Assembly: GCA_050287085.1 (NCBI GenBank)
Contig: JBNKBE010000002.1
Coordinates: 64,001-128,000, forward strand
Length of the DNA: 64,000 bases
Direction: 5' to 3'
Source of the DNA: Polyangiaceae bacterium
GTDB lineage: Bacteria; Myxococcota_A; Polyangia; Polyangiales; Polyangiaceae
The notes under the pieces: generated by a model
Database searches by the model: none
What the model saw: the letters and a program-made list of their open reading frames with translations, nothing else
What the model was told of the DNA's origin: nothing
Program-made: the position numbers and the translations under genes
Shown here: positions 19,162 to 28,650 of the stretch, piece by piece
Numbering within the stretch: position 1 is the first letter of the stretch
Layout: the number at the start of each line of letters is the position of its first letter

Positions 19162-19186
19162 GTGGGAAATAGTGGACCATCGTGTC
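19162..19186 (+). promoter_or_regulatory. MraZ operator (GTGG boxes at 10-bp spacing)
   Basis: GTGGG-N5-GTGGA-N5-GTGTC just downstream of the -10 box, matching the known MraZ binding repeat. Confidence 0.75.
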
Positions 19187-19214
19187 GCTTCCTCCCAAAA
19201 AGGGGATCACAAGG

Positions 19215-19670
19215 ATGTTCCGCGGACAGTCTCGACATACGATCGACCCCAAGGGGCGTCTGAGCCTTCCGGCCCGCTTTCGCGATGCGCTCGAGGCCGA
19301 CGGAGACGTGCGACTGATCCTCACAAAAGCCCCATTTGACCCGTGTCTGCATCTGTATCCCTTGAAGGTCTGGGAAGAGTACGAGAGCAAGATCTCGGCG
19401 TTGCCGATGTTTGATCCGACGGTGCAGCGCCTCCGGCGCCTCTACATCTCCCCGGCGGTGGCGCTCGAGATCGACGGCGCCGGTCGAGTGCGTGTGCCCC
19501 CGGAACTGCGCGACGCGGCCGGCCTCGACAAAGAGAAAGAGACCCTGTGGGCGGGGATGGGGCGTTTCGCCGAACTGTGGACCGTCACCCACTGGGATGC
19601 GGCAACCACCATGACTCCGGAGCAACTCATGGAAATCCGTGACACCGTCCAGGAAGTGATTCGAGTATGA
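19215..19670 (+). CDS. mraZ: Transcriptional regulator MraZ
   Basis: MFRG...IDPKGRLSLPARFR and IDGAGRVRVP; first gene of the dcw cluster. Confidence 0.97.
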   Translation: MFRGQSRHTIDPKGRLSLPARFRDALEADGDVRLILTKAPFDPCLHLYPLKVWEEYESKISALPMFDPTVQRLRRLYISPAVALEIDGAGRVRVPPELRDAAGLDKEKETLWAGMGRFAELWTVTHWDAATTMTPEQLMEIRDTVQEVIRV

Positions 19671-20632
19671 CATTGGCAGCCTTTGAGATGACGGATAGCA
19701 AACCAGCGCATGTGACAGTCATGCGAGACGAGGTCGTGTCGGGGCTCGAGTCGCTTCAGAGCGGACTCGTTATCGATGCGACCGCCGGTTACGGCGGACA
19801 CAGCGAGGCGATCTTGCGGGCCAAGCCCGGGATTTCGCTCATCGCCTTCGATCGCGACGCCATGGCCGTGGCGGCCAGTCGCGAGCGCCTACAGCCTTTT
19901 GGTCATCGTGCGCAGGTGGTGCACAGTGACTTCAGTCGGGTTCGGCAGTGCTTGGCGCGCGAGGGGATCACTCAGGTCGACGGCGTGGTGGCGGATCTGG
20001 GGGTCAGCTCGCCTCAGTTGGACCAGGACTTTCGCGGCTTGAGCTTTCGTCGCGAGGGACCTCTCGATATGCGGATGGATACGAGTCGGGGGGAAACGGC
20101 GCTGCAGCTCATCGAGCGCCTTTCGCAAGACGAGCTTGCCGACGTCGTCTTTCAGCTCGGCGAGGAGAAGCGCTCGCGTCGGGTGGCGGCGTGCATCAAG
20201 CAAGCGCTCGAAGCAGGTGAATTGGTGTCCACCTTGGACCTCAGGCGAGCCGTCGTACGTGCGGTAGGCCCGCGGCGTATCGGCGGGGTCGATCCTGCCA
20301 CGCGAACCTTTCAGGCGCTTCGCATCGCCGTCAATCGCGAACTCGAAGAGCTCGCCACTTTGCTCGGTGGGCTACACGAGTTGATTCGACCCGGGGGGGT
20401 TGCGGCTCTCATCAGCTTTCACTCCCTCGAAGACCGACTCGTCAAGCGCTGCTTTCAAGAACGTGCGCTCTGGAAGCGCGCGTCTTCGAAACCCTTGCTT
20501 CCGGGGGACGATGAGTTGGAACACAACCCCCGTGCCCGCAGTGCAAAGCTCCGGGTTGCGACCCGCACTAGCTTGATGCAGGTCCCACCCCCGATTCCGG
20601 AGGGGGTGGATCCACGGGAGTACCAGCCGTGA
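19667..20632 (+). CDS. rsmH: 16S rRNA m4C1402 methyltransferase RsmH
   Basis: DATAGYGGHS, DLGVSSPQLD, PLDMRMD, FHSLEDR and NPRARSAKLR. Confidence 0.97.
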   Translation: MTLAAFEMTDSKPAHVTVMRDEVVSGLESLQSGLVIDATAGYGGHSEAILRAKPGISLIAFDRDAMAVAASRERLQPFGHRAQVVHSDFSRVRQCLAREGITQVDGVVADLGVSSPQLDQDFRGLSFRREGPLDMRMDTSRGETALQLIERLSQDELADVVFQLGEEKRSRRVAACIKQALEAGELVSTLDLRRAVVRAVGPRRIGGVDPATRTFQALRIAVNRELEELATLLGGLHELIRPGGVAALISFHSLEDRLVKRCFQERALWKRASSKPLLPGDDELEHNPRARSAKLRVATRTSLMQVPPPIPEGVDPREYQP

Positions 20633-20979
20633 ACACGCGCTCGCCCTTCCTCGCGTTGTGGACACTCGCGGTGGTGGCGGCGACGGCTGCGTTTTGCGTT
20701 CATCTCGCGGTGCGCGTGCGTACCGTCGAGCTTGGCTACGAACTGGGCAAGGCCCAGGCACGCGTCGCGCGCCTGCGGGAGGTACGCCGTGTGCTCGAGC
20801 TCGAGGTGGCAAGCTACCGTGCGCCTGAGCGTGTTGGTTTTGTGGCCCGGCAGCTGCTTGGAATGTCCGAGCCATCCTCCGATCGCATCTTCTCGGCTGG
20901 TGTGATGCCGACCCGTGACGAGCAAGAAGTCGAGCCCAAAGCCGCCCGCTTCGACGTAGCCCATCGGGGGCGACCGTGA
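20629..20979 (+). CDS. ftsL: Cell division protein FtsL
   Basis: TM helix plus coiled coil, between rsmH and ftsI with overlapping start/stop codons. Confidence 0.85.
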   Translation: MNTRSPFLALWTLAVVAATAAFCVHLAVRVRTVELGYELGKAQARVARLREVRRVLELEVASYRAPERVGFVARQLLGMSEPSSDRIFSAGVMPTRDEQEVEPKAARFDVAHRGRP

Positions 20980-23123
20980 AACGTAAGAACCAGCGCGCGC
21001 CGTCCGGAAATGGTGAACGGCCCGTCGCTGCAGTTCGCGCTACGTGGGGCAATCGCCTGCTTGGGCCGGAGGGGCGCTTCATCCGCATGCGGATGGGACT
21101 GTTGTGTGGACTGCTCGCGGCGGGGCTCGGTGTGGTGGCCGCTGCTAGTTACCACTTGACCATGGTGGACGGCTCCGACTGGCGCAAGCTAGCGCAAGCG
21201 CAGCGAGAACGGAGGCTCCACGTCCGGCCGAAGCGAGGCACTCTATACGATCGCAATGGTTCTGTCCTGGCGGTCAGCGTCGACGTGCCGACGGTGAGTG
21301 TCGACGCTGTTGAGCTGCTCAGTGGCGTGCCCGATCAGCGTCAGCCCGAGGTGGCCCGCGATGCTGCCCAGCGGATCGCTCGCGCACTCGATCTCGATCC
21401 GGCGCGTGTTGAGCGGAAGATTCTTCGCAAGCGTCGCTACGCCTTCCTGAAGCGCAACATCACCGCTGAGGAAGCGGGTGCGATCCGGCAGCTCGGGCAG
21501 CGCGATTCCGAAGGGGGGCGGATTCGTGGTCTGGTCGTCGATGGCGAAGGCCGTCGCTACTACCCAAGTCGAGAGCTTGCGGCACCCCTGTTGGGCTTCG
21601 TGGCACCCGACGGAGAGGGCAAGGACGGCGTCGAGTTGGTCCTTGACGAGGAACTCTCCGGTGAATTGGAACAGCTGCGCGGCCTGCGTGATCGCAACGG
21701 CCGGCTGTTGTTGTCAGAGGGGGTTACCAGTGAACGAGCATTTGCTGGGCATGACGTTAACCTCACCATCGATGTTGGCATTCAGCATGTAGCCGAGCGG
21801 GAGCTGGCCCTGGCGGCGCGCACGTATGAGGCCAAGTCGGGGTCTGTGGTAGTGGTGCAGCCCGACACCGGGGAAATCTTGGCGATGGCGAGCTGGCCTG
21901 GCTACAACCCCAACGATTACGGGGAGTCAGCGCCGCTCGAGAGGCGCAATCGTGCGATTGCCGATCGTTTCGAACCCGGATCGACGATGAAGATCTTCAC
22001 CGTCGCCATCGGGCTCGCGCAAGGCGAGATCAAACCCACCGAGCGGCTATACTGCGAGAAAGGGCATATGGCGGTGGACAACATCGTCATTCGCGATACC
22101 CATCCGGCGGAGTGGCTTACGGTCTCTCAAGTGCTGGCTCAGTCCTCGAATATCTGCGCCGCCAAGATCGGGCTCTCCTTGGGCGGAGACGCATTATATG
22201 AGGGCTTGCTTCGATTTGGTTTTGGGCAGCCTACCGACGTCGGGTTGGCTGGAGAGTCCAGCGGCATCTTGCGCCCCCGCAACCGCCCTTGGGTGCAAGT
22301 GGAGACAGCCTCTGCTGCGTTTGGTCAGGGTATTAGCGTCACGACCCTTCAGTTGGCGATGGCCACAGCGGCGGTTGCCAACGGCGGAAAGCTGTTGGAG
22401 CCCCGCCTGGTGCGGCGCGTGACATCAGCAACGGGGGAGGTCATCCGGGAGGCGACGCCGCGGGTGCGCCGGATTGCTGTTCCCGAGCGGGCAGCCGCTA
22501 CCGTGGCTGAGATGATGGTGGCGGTGACGGAGGGGCATGGCACCGGGGTAGACGCTTCGATCGAAGGCTTTCAGGTGGCGGGTAAGACGGCCACGGCGCA
22601 GAAGATCGACCCGGCAACGGGACGCTACTCACTCGATAACTACATTGCGTCCTTCGTCGGCTTTGTCCCGGCTCGGAACCCCGCCGTGGCGATCGCCGTG
22701 ACGATTGACGAACCCATGGTGGCTCATTCAGGGGGTGAGGTTGCGGCTCCTGTCTTTCGTGAGGTCGCCAAGATGGCCCTCAAGTATAAGGGACTCACTC
22801 CAGGAGGAAGCAAACCTGTAAGCTTGAGCGAGCTCGCACGTCAGCCTGATCCTGCGAACGCGACCTACGCGCTGATGCGAAAGGCCGAGGGACAAGCGCC
22901 CGCCGTTCAGGAGGTGCAGACTCAAATGCCCCTCGGAAAGGATCAGGTCCGGGTTCCAGACATGACGGGGTGGCCCTTGCGACGCGCGCTTGTGGAGACG
23001 CGTGCGATGGGGGTTCTGGCGCGCGTCCGAGGGCACGGCCTGGTAAGCAAACAGGTGCCGAGTCCGGGACAGGTCGTCGACAAAGGCGGCGAACTGGTGC
23101 TGCATCTGGAGCCTGCTTCCTAG
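20976..23123 (+). CDS. ftsI: Class B PBP FtsI (PBP3) with C-terminal PASTA domain
   Basis: RGTLYDRNG, RRYYP, EPGSTMK, SSN, GKTATAQK and VPDMTG PASTA. Confidence 0.95.
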   Translation: MKRKNQRAPSGNGERPVAAVRATWGNRLLGPEGRFIRMRMGLLCGLLAAGLGVVAAASYHLTMVDGSDWRKLAQAQRERRLHVRPKRGTLYDRNGSVLAVSVDVPTVSVDAVELLSGVPDQRQPEVARDAAQRIARALDLDPARVERKILRKRRYAFLKRNITAEEAGAIRQLGQRDSEGGRIRGLVVDGEGRRYYPSRELAAPLLGFVAPDGEGKDGVELVLDEELSGELEQLRGLRDRNGRLLLSEGVTSERAFAGHDVNLTIDVGIQHVAERELALAARTYEAKSGSVVVVQPDTGEILAMASWPGYNPNDYGESAPLERRNRAIADRFEPGSTMKIFTVAIGLAQGEIKPTERLYCEKGHMAVDNIVIRDTHPAEWLTVSQVLAQSSNICAAKIGLSLGGDALYEGLLRFGFGQPTDVGLAGESSGILRPRNRPWVQVETASAAFGQGISVTTLQLAMATAAVANGGKLLEPRLVRRVTSATGEVIREATPRVRRIAVPERAAATVAEMMVAVTEGHGTGVDASIEGFQVAGKTATAQKIDPATGRYSLDNYIASFVGFVPARNPAVAIAVTIDEPMVAHSGGEVAAPVFREVAKMALKYKGLTPGGSKPVSLSELARQPDPANATYALMRKAEGQAPAVQEVQTQMPLGKDQVRVPDMTGWPLRRALVETRAMGVLARVRGHGLVSKQVPSPGQVVDKGGELVLHLEPAS

Positions 23124-23132
23124 GAGTGAACG

Positions 23133-24698
23133 ATGACGGTTTCAGGTTCATCCGAACGCTCACCTGTCGGCGCGGCCCTATCCGAGCTGGTCTGCACGCT
23201 GGAGCCCTTGGGGGTACAGCTAGTGGGGGACGCCGCGACTTGGGTCACCGACCTGACCCAAGACTCAAGGCACGTGACCCAGGGGTCGCTCTTTGTGGCT
23301 CGTCGTGGAGGGCGGGTGGATGGCCGCCGCTTCATACCAGCTGCGCTGGAGCAGGGGGCTTGTGCTGTTTTGGTAGAGGGCGAAGTCACAAGCCTTGCCG
23401 CCGCCGAGCATGCGGCTCGCGGCCTTGGCCTGAGTGGACGGGTGCCGCTGCTGGTGGTTTCGGACCTGGGTGCCGCCTTGTCTCCGGCTGCAGAAAGGGT
23501 CCACCAATACCCCAGCCGCGCTCTGGACGTCGTGGGTATTACCGGAACCAACGGCAAGACCACCACGGCAAGCGTGGTGGCTCAGGTCGGGCAGGCGTTG
23601 GGAAAGACTGTTGCGCAACTTGGAACTCTCGGCTTCAAATGCGCCGGGGTGAGCGAGGGTGCTTCGCTTACGACGCCCGAAGCGGACGTCGTGTCGCGCT
23701 ATCTGGCGAGGGCAAGGACTCTGGGCGCGAGTGCGGTCGCCATGGAGGTGTCGAGTCACGCCTTGGCGCAGCACCGAGTGGATGGCCTTGCCTTTCGCGC
23801 CGCAGCGCTGACCAACCTCACGCAGGACCATCTAGACTACCACGGCACGATGGAGGAGTACGGCCGCGCCAAGGCTCGGCTATTTCTGGATCTCGCGCCT
23901 GAGGTGTGTGTCATCAACATTGACGACCCCTTCGGGCATGAGCTGGCGACGCGCGTTGGGTCACGAGCTATTCGTGTAGGCCGGAGCGCTGGGGCGGACG
24001 TGCGGCTACTCGAAGTGCATTCGCCGGTTTTGGGTAATCAAAAAACGAGCTACCGCATCGCTATGTTGGGGCGCCCTCTCACGCTGGAGACTGAGCTGGT
24101 CGGAACGCATAACGCGGACAATTGGCTCACCTGTTTGGGGCTCGCACACGCTCTCGGTTGGTCAGCCGAAGAGGTGGCCGCAGTTGCGCCGCGCATCGCG
24201 GGCGCTCCAGGACGACTTGAACGCGTCCACGGTGAGGGGGACGATATCCAAGTGTATGTCGACTACGCGCATACGCCTGATGCGCTGCAGCGGGCGCTGA
24301 TGGCGTTGGGCGGGGCGGAGCGGGGTGCACTCTGGTGTGTGTTCGGGTGCGGCGGGGATCGCGATACTGGTAAGCGCCCGCTGATGGGAAGCGCGGCCAG
24401 CCGAAACGCAGACCGGGTGATCATCACCAGCGACAATCCGCGCACGGAAGAGCCGGGAGCCATCATATCGCAGATCGAATCCGGTCTCGTCGCGGGAGTC
24501 TCAGCGGACGTCGTAGCGGACCGGCATCAGGCCATCGAACGTGCACTTCTGACGGCGTCTTCGGGCGACGTGGTGCTGATCGCCGGCAAGGGTCACGAGG
24601 ACTATCAGATCGTAGGTACGGAGCGACGTCCCTTTGACGATCGCGAGGTTGCGCGCAAAGTGCTCGCTGAGCGTCGCGCGCGCCAGGGGCAAGTGTGA
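23133..24698 (+). CDS. murE: MurE ligase (DAP-type DNPR motif)
   Basis: GITGTNGKTT, MEVSSH, DYAHTPDAL, DNPR and AGKGHEDYQ. Confidence 0.97.
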   Translation: MTVSGSSERSPVGAALSELVCTLEPLGVQLVGDAATWVTDLTQDSRHVTQGSLFVARRGGRVDGRRFIPAALEQGACAVLVEGEVTSLAAAEHAARGLGLSGRVPLLVVSDLGAALSPAAERVHQYPSRALDVVGITGTNGKTTTASVVAQVGQALGKTVAQLGTLGFKCAGVSEGASLTTPEADVVSRYLARARTLGASAVAMEVSSHALAQHRVDGLAFRAAALTNLTQDHLDYHGTMEEYGRAKARLFLDLAPEVCVINIDDPFGHELATRVGSRAIRVGRSAGADVRLLEVHSPVLGNQKTSYRIAMLGRPLTLETELVGTHNADNWLTCLGLAHALGWSAEEVAAVAPRIAGAPGRLERVHGEGDDIQVYVDYAHTPDALQRALMALGGAERGALWCVFGCGGDRDTGKRPLMGSAASRNADRVIITSDNPRTEEPGAIISQIESGLVAGVSADVVADRHQAIERALLTASSGDVVLIAGKGHEDYQIVGTERRPFDDREVARKVLAERRARQGQV

Positions 24699-26116
24699 CG
24701 CCAATCCCTTCCAATCGCGCCGCCTTCACCATTGCGGAGCTGCTATCGCTCACCGGCGGGTCTTTGGTGGCGGGGGCCACTGTCGAAGGCGCCAGTGAGG
24801 GCGTCTGCGGCGTTAGCACTGACTCGCGGGCGCCGGGTGAGCAAGCTCTTTTCGTTGCGCTCCAAGGGGTTCGTTTCGATGGGCACGACTTCCTGGCGGC
24901 CGCCCATGCTGCGGGAGCCGCAGCGGCGCTCGTAGAGAAAGATACCCCGGCGCCCGTCGGTATGGTGGTTGTCCGGGTTGCGTCGACGCTGGAGGCCTTA
25001 GGGCGGCTTGCAGCCCATCACCGCAGGCGCTGGGGCGGGCGGGTGGTGGCTGTGGCTGGCTCAGCGGGAAAGACAACAACCTGCTCCGCGGTGGGGCAGG
25101 TCTTGACAGCGCTGCTGCCGGGCGCGGTCCACAAGACACCCGGCAATCTCAACAATCGCATTGGCGTTCCGATGGTGCTGCTCGGACTCGAGCCTCGACA
25201 TCGCGTGCTCGTGGTGGAACTGGGAACCAACCAACCTGGCGAAGTTGCGGCGCTAACCCGGATGGCGCAGCCTGATATCGGGGTGCTCACGTTGATCGAA
25301 CTCGAACACACCGAAGGGCTGGGCGACATCGACGGAGTCGAGCGCGAGGAGCGTGCGCTGTACTTTGCTAGCGATTGCCTGGCCATCGGCAACGCGGACG
25401 ACGAACGCGTGGCGCGCGCTCTGGCGGAGCTTTCCGGTGTCGGACGGCCCACGCTGAGCTACGGTTTCGCCGCCGAATCGGTCTACCATATCCGTTCGCT
25501 TCACCTGACTTCGAACGGGCAGGGAGAGATCGAGCTTGCAGGCCCTCGGGGGGGGATCTCTTTGCGGACTCCCTACGTGGGGCGGCCAGGAGCACTTGCG
25601 ACGGTGGCCGCCTACGCCGTGCTCGATCAGTTCAGGGACGACGATGGAGGGCCTGGGCATCCGGCCTTGTCAGCGCTTTCCGCGCCTCAAGACGCGATGC
25701 GACTGACGGTGCGTCAGATCGGTCGGCTCACCGTCGTCGATGATTGCTACAATGCAAATCCGGCGAGCGTTCGCGCGGCCTTGGAAACCGCTGCAGAAAT
25801 TGCGGCGAGTGGAAGACGCCGGTTGGTCCTCGTGCTGGGGGAGATGCGGGAGCTCGGCACGTGCGCTGAGGGCGAACATCTTCGGATCCGTCAAGCGCTG
25901 GAGACCTGTCCCCATGCCGCGTTGTTTGCGGCGGCCGGGGACGCGCGCCACTTCGGGGCACTTCCCGGCCGTTTCGCGGAAGATGCCGCCGAACTGATCG
26001 ACGCGATCGCTGCGGAATGTCGGCCTGGAGACGTCGTCTTGGTAAAAGGCTCCCGCGGCGTTGGGCTTGAACGCGTGGTGCGTGCGCTTGCTCAGCAGCC
26101 GCAACGGTACTCATGA
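24695..26116 (+). CDS. murF: MurF ligase
   Basis: DGHDF, GSAGKTT, NNRIGVP, DCYNANP, GEMRELG and VKGSRG. Confidence 0.95.
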   Translation: MTPIPSNRAAFTIAELLSLTGGSLVAGATVEGASEGVCGVSTDSRAPGEQALFVALQGVRFDGHDFLAAAHAAGAAAALVEKDTPAPVGMVVVRVASTLEALGRLAAHHRRRWGGRVVAVAGSAGKTTTCSAVGQVLTALLPGAVHKTPGNLNNRIGVPMVLLGLEPRHRVLVVELGTNQPGEVAALTRMAQPDIGVLTLIELEHTEGLGDIDGVEREERALYFASDCLAIGNADDERVARALAELSGVGRPTLSYGFAAESVYHIRSLHLTSNGQGEIELAGPRGGISLRTPYVGRPGALATVAAYAVLDQFRDDDGGPGHPALSALSAPQDAMRLTVRQIGRLTVVDDCYNANPASVRAALETAAEIAASGRRRLVLVLGEMRELGTCAEGEHLRIRQALETCPHAALFAAAGDARHFGALPGRFAEDAAELIDAIAAECRPGDVVLVKGSRGVGLERVVRALAQQPQRYS

Positions 26117-27243
26117 TCTACGAGCTTCTCTACCCGCTCAGCACTCGCTTTGGGTGGGCCGGTGCGCTGAACGTACTGCGCTACGTCCCTTTCCGCGTCA
26201 TCGTGGCCGTCATCTCGGCGATGTTGATGTCGTTCTTGCTCGCGCCGTGGTTCATTCGTGAACTGCAGAAGAAGCAGATCGGCCAGGTCATTCGCGAGTC
26301 GGGTCCCGAGAGCCATCGTCTCAAAGCCGGGACTCCGACCATGGGAGGGGCCCTCATCCTGCTGTCCGTGTTGGTGCCTACCGTAATGTGGGCAGACGTT
26401 CGCAATACTTTCGTAGTTGCCACGGCGACGGTGACGGCTGGCTTCGGTCTCATTGGTTTCATCGACGACCGAAGCAAGATCGTCAAGAAGTCCAGCGCCG
26501 GCTTATCGGCGCGCTTGCGCCTGCTGGGGGAGTTTTCCATTGCGGGCATGGCGCTGACGTACGTGTTCTTTGCCGACACGACGTTATCTCCAGAGTGGCT
26601 CGCGATGCGGGACCAACTCACCCTACCGTTTGTCGCCTACAGCAAGTTTTCGCTGGAGCTTCCGAGCTGGTTGTACATCGCCTTTGCCGTATTTGTCGTC
26701 GTGTCCATGGCCAACGGGGTTAACCTAACGGATGGCCTCGACGGGCTCGCGATTGGGCCCGTGATGATCAACGCGGGAACGTACCTCATTTGGGCTTATG
26801 TTGCCGGTGCGGTGCTCTTCGGGCAGCCCCTGGCGACCTACCTGGACATTCCGGGGATCCAAGAGATGAGCGAACTGGCCGTTTTCGGCGGCGCTATCAT
26901 CGGGGCTGGCATCGGCTTTCTTTGGTACAACACCTATCCGGCTCAGGTCTTCATGGGCGACGTAGGGTCGCTCTCGTTGGGCGGGGGTATCGGCATGCTG
27001 GCAGTACTGACGAAAAACGAACTACTGAGCGTGCTCATCGGCGGCATCTTCGTGCTGGAGACCGTTAGCGTAATCACCCAGGTGGCGTCGTTTAAGCTGT
27101 TCGGACGTCGCGTCTTCTTGATGGCCCCAATCCATCATCACTACGAGAAGAAGGGTTGGGCCGAGCCCAAGATCATCGTTCGCTTCTGGATTATCAGCGT
27201 GTTGCTTGCGCTTGTCGGGCTGTCATCGCTGAAGCTGCGCTAA
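26113..27243 (+). CDS. mraY: Phospho-MurNAc-pentapeptide translocase
   Basis: KAGTPTMGG, NLTDGLDGL, FMGDVGS and MAPIHHHYE. Confidence 0.98.
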   Translation: MIYELLYPLSTRFGWAGALNVLRYVPFRVIVAVISAMLMSFLLAPWFIRELQKKQIGQVIRESGPESHRLKAGTPTMGGALILLSVLVPTVMWADVRNTFVVATATVTAGFGLIGFIDDRSKIVKKSSAGLSARLRLLGEFSIAGMALTYVFFADTTLSPEWLAMRDQLTLPFVAYSKFSLELPSWLYIAFAVFVVVSMANGVNLTDGLDGLAIGPVMINAGTYLIWAYVAGAVLFGQPLATYLDIPGIQEMSELAVFGGAIIGAGIGFLWYNTYPAQVFMGDVGSLSLGGGIGMLAVLTKNELLSVLIGGIFVLETVSVITQVASFKLFGRRVFLMAPIHHHYEKKGWAEPKIIVRFWIISVLLALVGLSSLKLR

Positions 27244-27321
27244 GGGCCTGCGGATGGGAAGCGAGCGTGCTCATCACAATAGTGGTGCATCACATCAATT
27301 CGGAAGTAGGACCGACTGCAT

Positions 27322-28635
27322 ATGGACCTTGAAGGGCAAAGCGTCATCGTGGTGGGCATGGGAGAGAGCGGCAAGCGGGCGGCCGAGCTAGCCCAGGCTC
27401 TTGGGGCTCGAGTGACCGTGACCGATGACCGTCCGGCAAGCGCCTTCGCGGGAGCGTTTGACGGGGCCGGGTATGAACTGCGTTTCGGGGGGAAACAAGG
27501 TGTTCCGTTTGACGCAGCCGACTGCGTTGTCGTCTCTCCCGGCGTACCGGACTTTCCGGCACTTCACAGCGCGTCGCGGGTTGTTTCCGAGCTGGAATTT
27601 GCCTCGTGGTACGTACGTTTTCCGTTGATCGCAGTAGGGGGTACCAACGGCAAAAGCACCACTACGCTGCTGCTTGCGCGCTTGCTGGAGGCCGCTGGCC
27701 TACGGGTGTTTGCGGGAGGCAACCTGGGGGTTCCGTTGTCTGCGGTGGCTCGAGAGGTATTTGACGTCGGGGTGGTTGAGGTTTCTAGTTTTCAGCTGGA
27801 GCGGCTCATGCACTTCAGGCCCCAAGTGAGCGTGCTGCTCAACGTCAGCGAGGATCACCTGGATCGCTACGCCGATTTCGCGGCATATGCTGGGGCCAAG
27901 GGCAATGCGTTCGCGCGGCAGGGGCCTGGCGACTACGCGATTGTGCCGGCGCAAGATCCGGTGTGCCTCGCCGAAGCCAGGCGTGGTCAGGGGCAGGTCG
28001 TGACGTTTGGAGCTGGGGGCGACTACGAAGCGAGCACCCGCGGAATCATGGACCATCGAAGGGGCCGGGTGCTGAGCCTTGATGGCGTCAAGCTTCATGG
28101 GCATCACAACCTGAGCAATGCGGCGGCGGCGGTCGCGGCGGCAGCGGCTTTTGGAGTTTCGTGGGAGGTCCTGGAGGCAGGGCTACGGGCCTTCGAGCCC
28201 TTGCCGCATCGCATGGCGTTTGTTCGGGAGCTCGATGGCGTTCGCTATTTTGACGACTCCAAGGCCACCAACGTGGGGGCCGCGGTGACCGCGCTCGGGG
28301 GACTGAGCGAGGAGCGTTGCGTCTTGATCGCGGGCGGGCGGGACAAGCAGGGTTCGTATCTGCCGCTGCGCCGTGCTCTCGAGCGGCGCGGACGCGCGGC
28401 AATTCTCATCGGAGAGGCGGCGGCCACGATCGAAACGGCCCTGCTCGGCGCGGTGCCCCTCTACCGGGCCGGCAGTATGGATCAGGCCGTGCAACTCGCT
28501 CAGAAGTTGGCCCAGCCGCGGGATGCGGTATTGCTTAGCCCTGCCTGCTCGAGCTTCGACATGTATCAGAGCTACGCAGCGCGCGGGGATGACTTCGCGC
28601 GCGCCGTGCTCGAGCTGGGCTCCGGCGCCTCTTGA
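27322..28635 (+). CDS. murD: MurD ligase
   Basis: GTNGKSTT, EVSSFQL, DHLDRY, DSKATN and SPACSSFD. Confidence 0.97.
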   Translation: MDLEGQSVIVVGMGESGKRAAELAQALGARVTVTDDRPASAFAGAFDGAGYELRFGGKQGVPFDAADCVVVSPGVPDFPALHSASRVVSELEFASWYVRFPLIAVGGTNGKSTTTLLLARLLEAAGLRVFAGGNLGVPLSAVAREVFDVGVVEVSSFQLERLMHFRPQVSVLLNVSEDHLDRYADFAAYAGAKGNAFARQGPGDYAIVPAQDPVCLAEARRGQGQVVTFGAGGDYEASTRGIMDHRRGRVLSLDGVKLHGHHNLSNAAAAVAAAAAFGVSWEVLEAGLRAFEPLPHRMAFVRELDGVRYFDDSKATNVGAAVTALGGLSEERCVLIAGGRDKQGSYLPLRRALERRGRAAILIGEAAATIETALLGAVPLYRAGSMDQAVQLAQKLAQPRDAVLLSPACSSFDMYQSYAARGDDFARAVLELGSGAS

Positions 28636-28650
28636 TCGCTCAGCCAGCTC

